DNA from: Octopus sinensis | Taxonomy: Eukaryota | Length of the DNA: 47,193 nucleotides | Assembly: GCF_006345805.1 (NCBI RefSeq) | Contig: NW_021835376.1 | Span: 1 to 47,193, forward strand | Reading direction: 5' to 3' | Part shown: piece by piece, positions 1 to 9,395 of the stretch | Position numbering within the stretch: position 1 is the first letter of the stretch | Layout of the letters: the number at the start of each line of letters is the position of its first letter | Translations under genes and position numbers: made by a program | The notes under the pieces: model-generated | The model's database searches: none | What the model was told of the DNA's origin: nothing | The model's input: only the letters and a program-made list of their open reading frames with translations

Positions 1-142
1 TGTTGTATTTTATCGAAAAAGCGAAAAGATAAGAAAAAAAAGATACAAAATGAGCATGGCCAAATTTGAACATAGAATATAAAGACATGAAACTAATTCC
101 TACCAAGGATTTAGTTTGAAGATTTCGTTATTCCAGAGCAGT

Positions 143-533
143 GGAGGCGCAATGGCCCAGTGGTTAGGGCAGCGGACTCGCGGTCGGAGGATCGCAGTTT
201 CGATTCCCAGACCGGGCGTTGTGTGTGTTTATTGAGCGAAAACACCTAAAGCTCCACGAGGCTCCGGCAGGGGGTGGTGGCGACCCCTGTTGTACTTTTT
301 CGCCTCAACTTTCTCTCACTCCACTCTTACTTCCTGTTTCTGTTGTACCTGTATTTCAAGGGGCCGGCTTGTCACTCTCTGTCACGCTGAATTCCTGAGA
401 ACTACGTTAAGGGTGCACGTGTATGTGGAGTGCTCAGCCACTTACACGTTAATTTCACGAGCAGGCTGTTCCGTTGATTCGGATCAACCGGAACCCTCAT
501 CGTCGTAAGCGACGGATTCCTTCCATATCCATA
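143..533 (+). mobile_element. tRNA(Arg-like)-derived SINE, Octopus OR1/OR2-like, long-tail variant
   Basis: Head GGAGGCGCAATGGCCCAGTGGTTAGGGCAGCGGACTCGCGGTC...TTTCGATTCCC has Pol III A and B boxes. Flanking direct repeat TCCAGAGCAGT at 132-142 and 537-547 (14 bp with one mismatch). The 5' ~170 bp is homologous to the copies at 17898, 18752 and 25688. Confidence 0.9.
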
Positions 534-957
534 TACTCCAGAGCAGTAACTTCTGAAACTAAAAAAAAAACATTAATTGAAACATTCAGCGTAATAAGCA
601 GTGGACCATTTTATATGAGGCGGGGCGCAGCGAGTTAATGTCATTGCATGAAGACTGCTTGGTTCCACGTTCATTGACTGATGAAAGACGTAGCGGAATT
701 TGATTGCATTTGGACTCAAATCTAAAGAGACGTAATTAAATAACGAAATAAACCTCGTTCGCCCGAAGCTCCTCTGATCCTATCAATCGCTATGTATGAT
801 AATAATTCTAACTTAGACCACAAGCCAGCAGCTTTTGAGAACCTATATAACTGGTTCTAGAGTATTCAGTTTATCGCTGGTATTTATTTTATATTTCGTT
901 TTTGTATATTGTTTGCAACATTCTTTAGGTAGATTCGTGTGTTGAAGCAAATTATAT

Positions 958-1226
958 TGTCTGGCGATAGTCATAATGTCTTAATTCCTTATCTAACAAA
1001 CTCACCGGTTCCATTTCCACTCATTTATTTCTTACATTTTTTTTCTTCCAAACATTTCGTTGCCTTTAGCAAACTTGTCAATGGATGTTGGCTGTCCGTT
1101 AAAATAACATCCATTGACAAGGAATGGAAGAAAATACTTTGTAAAAAAATCAATACTAAATGAGTTGAAATTTAATCGGTGAGCTTGTTAGATAAGGCAT
1201 TAGGACAATATGACCCTACCCAGACA
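958..1226. mobile_element. Foldback/palindromic MITE
   Basis: Left arm TGTCTGGCGATAGTCATAATGTCTTAATTCCTTATCTAACAAACTCACCG...ACTCATTTA is the imperfect reverse complement of ~1157-1226. Inner perfect 16-bp inverted repeat CTTGTCAATGGATGTT (1074-1089) / AACATCCATTGACAAG (1106-1121). Confidence 0.8.
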
Positions 1227-1277
1227 CAACAGAATGTATTTTATAATTATTCATAGAATTAATATGTTACTGAATTG

Positions 1278-1915
1278 GAATCTTTTCGGTTTGAACGACA
1301 GTTTTAACATAATTTCTAGGTAACTAAAAAAATTTAAACTTCGTATACTGGTAGAATGTGTTTATAAAACATCTTTTTCTCTTTGCTTTATTGAGAAAAT
1401 TCCATTGTTTGTAAGATATTTGGTCTTTAATTTCTTGTATTTCAGCAATTTCAACCAATCAGTGACGTCTATTGAGGTGAAAACATTATGTGCCGTATGA
1501 ATATGTCCCTCGTTTAAGAAATAGATTGGGTTTATTTACATTTGTGAAGAAAAAAAGATACCCTTCCCCCACCCCTAACCCTAACTAGCCCTAAATCTAA
1601 AATAGATTGAAATACAATAGATCGATTCTAGGGTCATAATTATGGGTGTCATATGAAATTGTCACCCATAATTATGACCCTAGTATCGATCTATTGCATT
1701 TCAATCTATTTTAGATTTAGGGTTAGAGTTAGGGTTAGGGTGAGGGTTGGGGGAACGGTAAATTAAAGACGAAATATCTTACAAACTATGGAATTTTCTC
1801 AATAAAGCCAAGAGAAAAATATGTTTTATAAACACATTCTACCAGTATACGAAGTTTAAAATTTTTTAGATACCAAGAGATTATGTTAAAAACTGCCGTT
1901 CAAACCGAAAAGATC
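1278..1915. mobile_element. TTAGGG-containing non-autonomous DNA element, foldback (inverted dimer) form
   Basis: Ends ATCTTTTCGGTTTGAACG / CGTTCAAACCGAAAAGATC. Arms are reverse complements around a centre at ~1655. CCCTAA repeats at ~1573-1594 and TTAGGG repeats at ~1717-1754. Homologous to the monomer at 13974-14410. Confidence 0.9.
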
Positions 1916-2399
1916 TCTCAATTGATTTACTTTGAAGAGAGAGTGAAACTTACATTTAATGTAACTGTCTTTAATCACACACACACACACACACACAAAC
2001 ACGCATATACACTAACGCACGCATTAAATGGTGGGTTATATCATATAATGTATCCTTCGATGTTACAATTACCTGAGGGATATTTGGCTGCCATTTCCTT
2101 CAGGTCAAGTGATCACGATAATGCTGCATCATTGTTTTCTCAATCAGAGATGCTTCCTGATATAATTTTCTCACCTTACCATGACTTCATCAATCTAATT
2201 ACTCTCCAATGCAACAATGTACAGACTCGGTGAAACTACATAAAATGTTTGAACTGCTAATTCTACAGAATTAAACCAACAAAAGCAACTTTAAATAGTT
2301 TCAAAATCACAACATCTTTAATGTTATTTCCTTTATAATCATTGATCATATTTTCCATTGCATTTGTAATAGATTTCCGGCCCATTTTAGTATTGCTAT

Positions 2400-2408
2400 A
2401 ATAATAAC

Positions 2409-2457
<49 letters not shown>

Positions 2458-2492
2458 TAATAATAATAATTATTATTATTATTATTATTAAT
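2400..2492. repeat. (AAT)n tract abutting an (ATT)n tract (inverted trinucleotide microsatellite)
   Basis: Read directly; the switch point is at ~2470. Confidence 0.95.
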
Positions 2493-2771
2493 TTATTGAT
2501 CGTAGAATTTGTTCCAAAATGTGACCAGCATATTTCTGTGGTATTTGTATTGGAATGTTTTATCAACTAAACCATCAAGCGACATTAAAATAATTAACTT
2601 AATGTATTTCGTGTTCTCTGCAGAAGAAAAACAGTAGAGTCGTGTGTTCGGCATTCTTTGAAACCATGTTAATTAAAACACGTTAGCGACAACAAAAACA
2701 CTTGCAGCTGCCTATTCTTTCGAATGAAATTCTTTTCACTTCCCAGCCAATTAATTACGCTCATCCTGACT

Positions 2772-2852
2772 TCTGCTGCTGCTGCTGCTGTTGCTACTAT
2801 TTTTGTCGTACTAGTACTTGTTGTCATAGCAGTAGCAGCAGTAGTGATGGTA
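2772..2852. repeat. Degenerate (CTG)/(AGT,AGC) trinucleotide repeats
   Basis: CTGCTGCTGCTGCTGTTGCTACT...AGCAGTAGCAGCAGTAGTG; source of the poly-C/S/A ORFs in the track. Confidence 0.85.
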
Positions 2853-2992
2853 GTATAATACCAAGGAAGCTTGTATTTTATATACTTCTGTCGCTGTCCA
2901 ACCCCCAACCCGATGTTTGTTTGTGTGTGTGTGTCTGCGCGCGAATGAGAGGAACAACGAGAAAGAGAGAGAGGGAGAGAGAGAGAGTAATA

Positions 2993-3225
2993 TATTTCTT
3001 TACTATCCACAAGGGGCTAAACATAGAGGGGACAAACAAGGACAGACAAGCGGATTAAGTCGATTACATCGACCCCAGTGCGAAACTGGTACTGTATTTA
3101 TCGACCCCGAAAGGATGAAAGGCAAAGTCTGCCACGGCGGAATTTGAACTCAGAACGTAACGTCAGACGAAATACCGCTAAGCATTTCGCCCGGCGCGCT
3201 AACGTTTCTGCCAGCTCGCCGCCTT
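2993..3225 (-). mobile_element. tRNA-derived SINE, family B (GGCGGCGAGCTGGCAGAA head)
   Basis: Minus strand reads GGCGGCGAGCTGGCAGAAACGTTAGC...GAGTTCAAATTCC (A/B boxes), central GCCTTTCATCCTTTCGGGGTCGATAAA, tail AGCCCCTTGTGGATAGTAAAGAAAT. 16-bp TSD GAGAGAGAGAGTAATA at 2977-2992 and 3226-3241. Confidence 0.92.
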
Positions 3226-4290
3226 GAGAGAGAGAGTAATAGACAGACAGAACGTGTGTGTGTGCGTGCGTGCATTAACGTTGTTTTTCAAGCCGTGAGT
3301 GAATTGTACATCCTTTAATATTCATCTGGCTACAAGAAAGAATAAAAGTTTAAAAAATCCTGGAAGTTATAATAACATACGGGTAGACCGGAGAATTTTT
3401 CGTCGTGCAGTTTCGAGGTGACATATCTGAACGTTACGGAAATTCTTTTATAATGTAGTATTTTATTCAGAGACAGGTTGCAAAAGACATAGCAAAATAC
3501 AAATTACAGTAGTAACACTCGTAAGTTAATGAAGTGCCTTGTAGCGGTTGTTAGATGTACTAAAAACACAGCAACGAAATATCCGTCGAGCAATAACTTA
3601 CTGTCTCGGAAAATACCAGGATTTACAAAAAGGCCGGAATTGCTAGGGGTGTAATGTATGTGTACATAGTTTTCTTCTTTGAGTTGGCTTCCAACCGAAC
3701 AACGCAATAGCCTACCCATTTAACGAGTTATATATTTACAGCTCTATATATTCAACGTGGCTAGGCCCATACTTATCGGAAAGTCTTAATTGTAATTTCA
3801 GTGGCTTCTGCTAATAAAATTCCTATTTTCATTTGATGGGTATGCTAGACTGTAAAAGCAGATGCCTATCAAAGTTTGCTGAAAGTAATGAATGGTACAA
3901 TTATTTGCCATGTCATATACAGACAGCAACTGTTTTATTTTCACAGTTGGTGAAATAAAATGAATGACTGAAAATTGCAGTGTCACTTCCGTAGTAAGAT
4001 AAACTTTTCTCCCATAACGTAAACTCGAACTTATATTTTCTGTAACTGTAACCGTGGATCAAGTGACGTATAGTCTATGACTTAATTTCATGTTACTTTT
4101 TCTCCGAGATATTCCTTTTCTCTTTTCTAAGAAAATATTTGTATTTTCACCCTCTTTCATTATTCTTCAGATACTAATGCTATAATTTTACCTTTCTATC
4201 TTCTTTCCTGAGTTTGCCTTAATATTTTATTTGCTTTTGTCGTGTGTGGCAAAACAACATTTTACTACGTCATTAACATTTTCTGCTCAG

Positions 4291-4391
4291 GTTGCATAAA
4301 TGGTGGCTAATGGACGACCATTGTAATTTTCGAGAAGAAAAAGTTGAGCACGACAGACACAGAACAATAAATTTCAACAGAAGAGACAAAG
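4291..4391 (+). other. Candidate internal exon (101 nt) of an unidentified host transcript
   Basis: Branch-like CATTAAC and acceptor TTTTCTGCTCAG|G; donor AAG|GTAAGA. One frame is open throughout (LHKWWLMDDHCNFREEKVEHDRHRTINFNRRDK). Purine-rich body with pyrimidine-rich upstream sequence. No homology recognised. Confidence 0.4.
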
Positions 4392-4611
4392 GTAAGAGAA
4401 ATGAGGATATGAAAGGGTACATTATGAAAGTTACAATTGGAGATTTTTTTCCCTAAAGCAAAAGATCTAATTATTTCCTTATATTAAAATGTATTGGAAC
4501 AATAGACTATCATACCACGAAAAGCCAGATAATTTGAAGATTGCTCCTTCTCACTTCACTTATTAGAAGAATGGGGTTAAATAGAAAATCGTTAATAGCA
4601 GCAGTAACAAT

Positions 4612-4911
<300 letters not shown>

Positions 4912-5525
4912 CATACATATCTATGTATGGAGTTGAAGTTTAACACTCACGAACTAATACATAAATATTTTTGATGTTTCTATATTACCTGAACGAATGT
5001 GGACGAATAATTATGTAAAAGGACATAGGTGTAATATATGTATATAATCGATAGCATTGCACACCGTTCTAAAAATATGAACAGAAATTAACGAAAACAA
5101 AGAAACAAAATTATCGGTGGCAGGGAACGTAATGTTTAGTGGATTTTTGTCTTGGAGAAGCTAAAATCCGGATAAATGGCAATAGATCAAAGAGAGAAGA
5201 AACGATATAAAATACAGAGAATTTAACGATAGACTATGGCTATAAAAAGTCGTAAAAACTTAGTATATCTCAGACTCATATTTGTATTATGAGTTTTCGA
5301 CGTGAAGTAATAGAATAAAATAATATTATTGCCGCCGTGGTTTGGACAGTGAGGAAAGTAATACAAACTATAACGAAATGTGATTTCTTATACAAGAAAG
5401 AATCATAAAGTCTATTGAAAACTGGAAACCAAGCACGCGTACCTATCTGAATGTACACTCACACACACAAAACTTACATATAGTATATGTATCTCTGTGT
5501 GTTGGTATATGTGTGAGTGAGTACA

Positions 5526-6696
5526 TACGAGGGTAGAATGAAAAGGTCATAGGCTGTCAATGAACGATGCAAGAGCTGTGAACTCTTACATGCATTAATT
5601 TCAACATTTCTTAATAAATGCATTCTTTCGTTCCAGGTAAACTGATATGTTACTGTGCAAAGACGACTTCAAATGTAACGAAAACCGACTCTTCTTGAAA
5701 ATGCATCGTGGTGTTATCGGGTACCTGCAAACTAATGGTTTAGCAAGCAAGAATATTGATGCTGACAAGATTGATATATTAGTGATGACGCTCCAGACTT
5801 ATCAATAGTGCAAAAATGAGCAGCTGAATTTATTCCTGAAACTGTCACAATTTAGGAAATCATTGATCGTCTTCATCACATGGAGATGGATGGCAAGCGG
5901 TTGGCAATAAATGAAATGACCAATTCTATTAGCATATTTCTTAAGCGAGTTGAGAATATTCTGCACAATGAAATTGTCATGATGTCTGATTAACAACGTA
6001 TCAGGCTGAGTACTGTAAAGTCTGATTTTGAAGCAAAATATCTGGTTTTCCTGAACGAGTTTCATTTACTTTGAATTTGAAACAAAGAAAAAAATGCATG
6101 CAGTGCGAACACCTCACCTCACCTTCTCCAAACGAGACTAAGGTTATTTCATTTGCAGAGAAGGCAATGGCTTCAGTGTTTTGAATAGAAAGTACACTGT
6201 GTTTAGTGACCATCTTGAAAAAGGCCACATCATCAACAGAGAGTACTGTGCCACCTGGCTGAGGCAGTTACGAAAGGCTATGAAACCAATCACCCAGGAA
6301 AACTGACGCAAGTGGTCTCAATTCATCAGGACAGTGCTTCTGCACATAAAGACTTGGTAGCAATGACTGATGTGCGTTACTGTCGCTTTGAACTTGTTAC
6401 ACACTGTCCCTAGTCTTTTGCGTTGATCCCATCAGAATATCATCTGCTCCACTGCATGTACAAACATTTCGCTGGGAACCAGTATCGCAGGGATGAGGTC
6501 TTCGTATCTGCTCTTGATTTTCTCGAGCAAGAGGATGAAGGCTTCTTCACCCATGAGATCCAAGCAGCGCAACACTAACGGAAGAAATGCGTTGGCCACG
6601 AGGAAGACAATATTTAAAAATAAACCTCATTTGCATTTGGCCACATTCAAAGAGACTATCTTGACAAACCTCTAAAAATTTCAGCCGAGCTTCGTA
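5526..6696 (+). mobile_element. Decayed mariner (Tc1/mariner, DD34D-type) element with transposase pseudogene
   Basis: Degenerate TIRs with terminal TA (TACGAGGGTAGAATGAAAAGG / TTTCAGCCGAGCTTCGTA). Translated remnants: MHRGVIGYLQTNGLA (5701), ETKKKCMQCEHLTSPSPNETKVISFAEKAMASVF* (~6078; cf. SAGKVMASVFWD), DHLEKGHIINREY, HQDSASAH (6324; cf. HQDNAPAH) and a degraded YSPDLAPSDYHLF at ~6410. Many stops and frameshifts. Confidence 0.9.
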
Positions 6697-7344
6697 GATT
6701 TCATTGCTGCAATACCAGTGGGTCATTTTCCCATAATATCACATACATGGTTTGTAGTTGAACGCATCTTTATTTTCTAATTATTAAATTACTCCCTTAA
6801 TTATAATAATACAATGCCGTTTAGCAGCATTCTACAACATATCGATAGTTTATTACTTAAGCATTCAGAACGTTCTTGTACACCCTTATATCTGATAGTT
6901 TAGAAACTCAGCAACATTATGGACTAAGTATGCCATAGAAAGAAGTAATTACATACAAGCAGAGAATGATGGGGTGAGGGTTATGACATCTGTAAGGTTA
7001 CAACTTATAAGAAAAGTACCACGACAAACATCTTAAGAAAACAGAAATAGAAATGCAAACGGCAAGTGTGTTTCATTCCAGGAATGTGCTTTACGAAATA
7101 TATCAATATTTCTTGTAACGTACGAAATTAACTACAGAAATGTGGAGAACAAATTCAAAAATCAAATGGAAAACAACAACTACCCGTACACTTAGATGCA
7201 AGCAACCAGTATATATGTTCAGAAATTAAGGAAATCTGTATGTCAGCCCTTAAACTCAGGTGCCTGAGCTTAGATTAGAAACTGTTTACGCCAAAGAGTG
7301 TCAGACCCCGAGTATAAAGAATGAAGTTTAACGGTTTAATAAAG

Positions 7345-7573
7345 GTGGCGAGCTGGCAGAATCGGTAGCACGCTGGGCGAAATGCTGAGCGGTATTTCGT
7401 CTGCCGCTACGTTCCGAGTTCAAATTCCGCCGAGGTCGACTTTGCCTTTCATCATTTCGGGGTCGATTAAATAAGTATCAGTTACGCACTGGGGTCGAAT
7501 TATCGACTTAACTCGTTTGTCTGTCTTTGTTTGTCCTCTCTGTGTTTAGCCCCTTGTGGGTAGTAAAGAAATA
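7345..7573 (+). mobile_element. tRNA-derived SINE, family B, full length
   Basis: Co-linear with 2993-3225. 12-bp TSD GGTTTAATAAAG at 7333-7344 and 7574-7585. Confidence 0.92.
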
Positions 7574-8212
7574 GGTTTAATAAAGAGTACGTCTTATGCA
7601 CATACATATAAACGCACGCATGGATAGACACATATCTATATACATATATATAGAGAGAGAGCGCGAAAGGGTGAGATAGTGAGAGAGACATTCATCGTAG
7701 AGAGATTATGAGATAGAAATAGCTAATTCTCTAAGAAAGAATATAATGTTATCAATCGCATTTCGAATCCTAAGGATGCGTATTTTACAACTTTCTCGAT
7801 AGCTTTTTCCACTTCTTCTTACTGAACGTCTTTCATGTATGGGTCTTTTGATATTATGTAATCGAATTTTCCTATAGATGTCCATCGAGCTGAGATGAGC
7901 AGGAAGCCACCTATATGGGTACTATTGGAATTCGTGTGCCTTTAGGTGGAAATCAAAGGGTTTTCCTGCAACATTGGTCACTGGATCCCTTATAATAAAT
8001 AATCAGTATTCTTTAATCACAAGCACCCAAGATTGCAAGAGTAAATCAAATGAACATTTACATCTTCGGCTTAACGTATTTGGTGTTTAGAATTGCAGAA
8101 AATGTGTCGCTTTCAATAAACATATACAACTATATTTACACATATACACAAACATACCTATGTACATGTATCCGTCTGTATATGTATGTATTAATAAGCA
8201 CAAGTCAATGTG

Positions 8213-8236
8213 TGTATATATAAAACATACACACAC

Positions 8237-8280
<44 letters not shown>
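8213..8280. repeat. (CA)/(TA)n-(TG)n microsatellite
   Basis: Read directly. Confidence 0.9.
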
Positions 8281-8281
<1 letters not shown>

Positions 8282-8469
8282 AACACAAATATCTGTGTAA
8301 TCTATATATTAATGCAAACCTACATAAGCACTGCTCACACACATATGTATATGTCAAAACAACGCGCACATATATATGAATTGACGTATATGTATATATT
8401 TGAACACATAGACATATACGAGAGTATACAGTATCTATTGTTGGGGAGTCATGCTGTAAAAGAATCTTT

Positions 8470-8650
8470 TTCCTGAAGAAAATGAAAGTTCTTAATGGAA
8501 AGTAGCTTTCACAAATCTTTCTTACGCTGATATTGAAATGGTAGCAAGATATTTGCAGCAACCTTTTCAACCAAGGTGCCGACCTTTAGAGTTTAGATTC
8601 ATTAAAACTGGCCACATATTTCAATAGACCAAGCGGTGAATGTGTTTACA
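8470..8650 (+). pseudogene. Possible highly decayed mariner transposase C-terminal fragment
   Basis: MKVLNGK*LS...NQGAD...FIKL...SGECV loosely follows the mariner C-terminal pattern (L.GK.F...Q...F...GI.KL...G.YV). Weak. Confidence 0.3.
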
Positions 8651-9325
8651 TTGGCAGCTTTATTTATTCAACTTAACATATAGGAATTTCCCCTTCTATA
8701 GAGCAAAGATTTAAGCTATTGGGCTGGTAGGATGCCTTTATAACTAAGAATTCTTCCGTCTTCAAAAGAATTTCTCAATTTAACATTAACAGCACTGCTT
8801 TTAAATTGCATTGCGCAGCATATTGCTATAGCACTGCAGAGAGTTACATGTATAAGCATTAGTTGTTTTTATGAAAAATATCAATACAATAGCCATTTTC
8901 AGTGAGTGGTTACAAGAACTGTGAAGACGGAGAGGACTAAAGGGAATGATAGACTGTGTAAGAGAGGAGGAGGGTAACAAACATCGAGAGAATCGCAGCT
9001 GTCTTGTGTGTTCTTGTGTCTTGGGAATTTATTAGTACATCTGCACGTAGATTTACATGTAATCATAGCTGAAAATCCATAAATGATTAATATAATATAC
9101 ACAGCATTCACGATTTAGTGTGTCGATTATATAGAATGTACCTGAGAGGAATTAGAATAGTTGATTACGTCTTAGGATCTAAGATATTCTTTCATAAAAT
9201 CTCTATATTTTTCAAATAGAAATCCTTTTATTCATTACAAATAGTGTGTGATAACGTGTGATATGGAGAAAATTTTCATATGTGGAGGAATCATATGCAA
9301 GAAGCGGTTCCTTATATGGCAATTA

Positions 9326-9395
<70 letters not shown>

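Noticed and set aside
143-216. Possible tRNA-Arg genes (also 17898, 18752, 25920-25992)
   Set aside because: No proper acceptor stem or terminator; each continues into a SINE body, and three of the four have a recognisable TSD.
1560-1760. CCCTAA/TTAGGG inverted arrays as a chromosome-fusion or telomere relic
   Set aside because: The arrays are only a few units long and are an internal part of a dispersed MITE also present at 13974.
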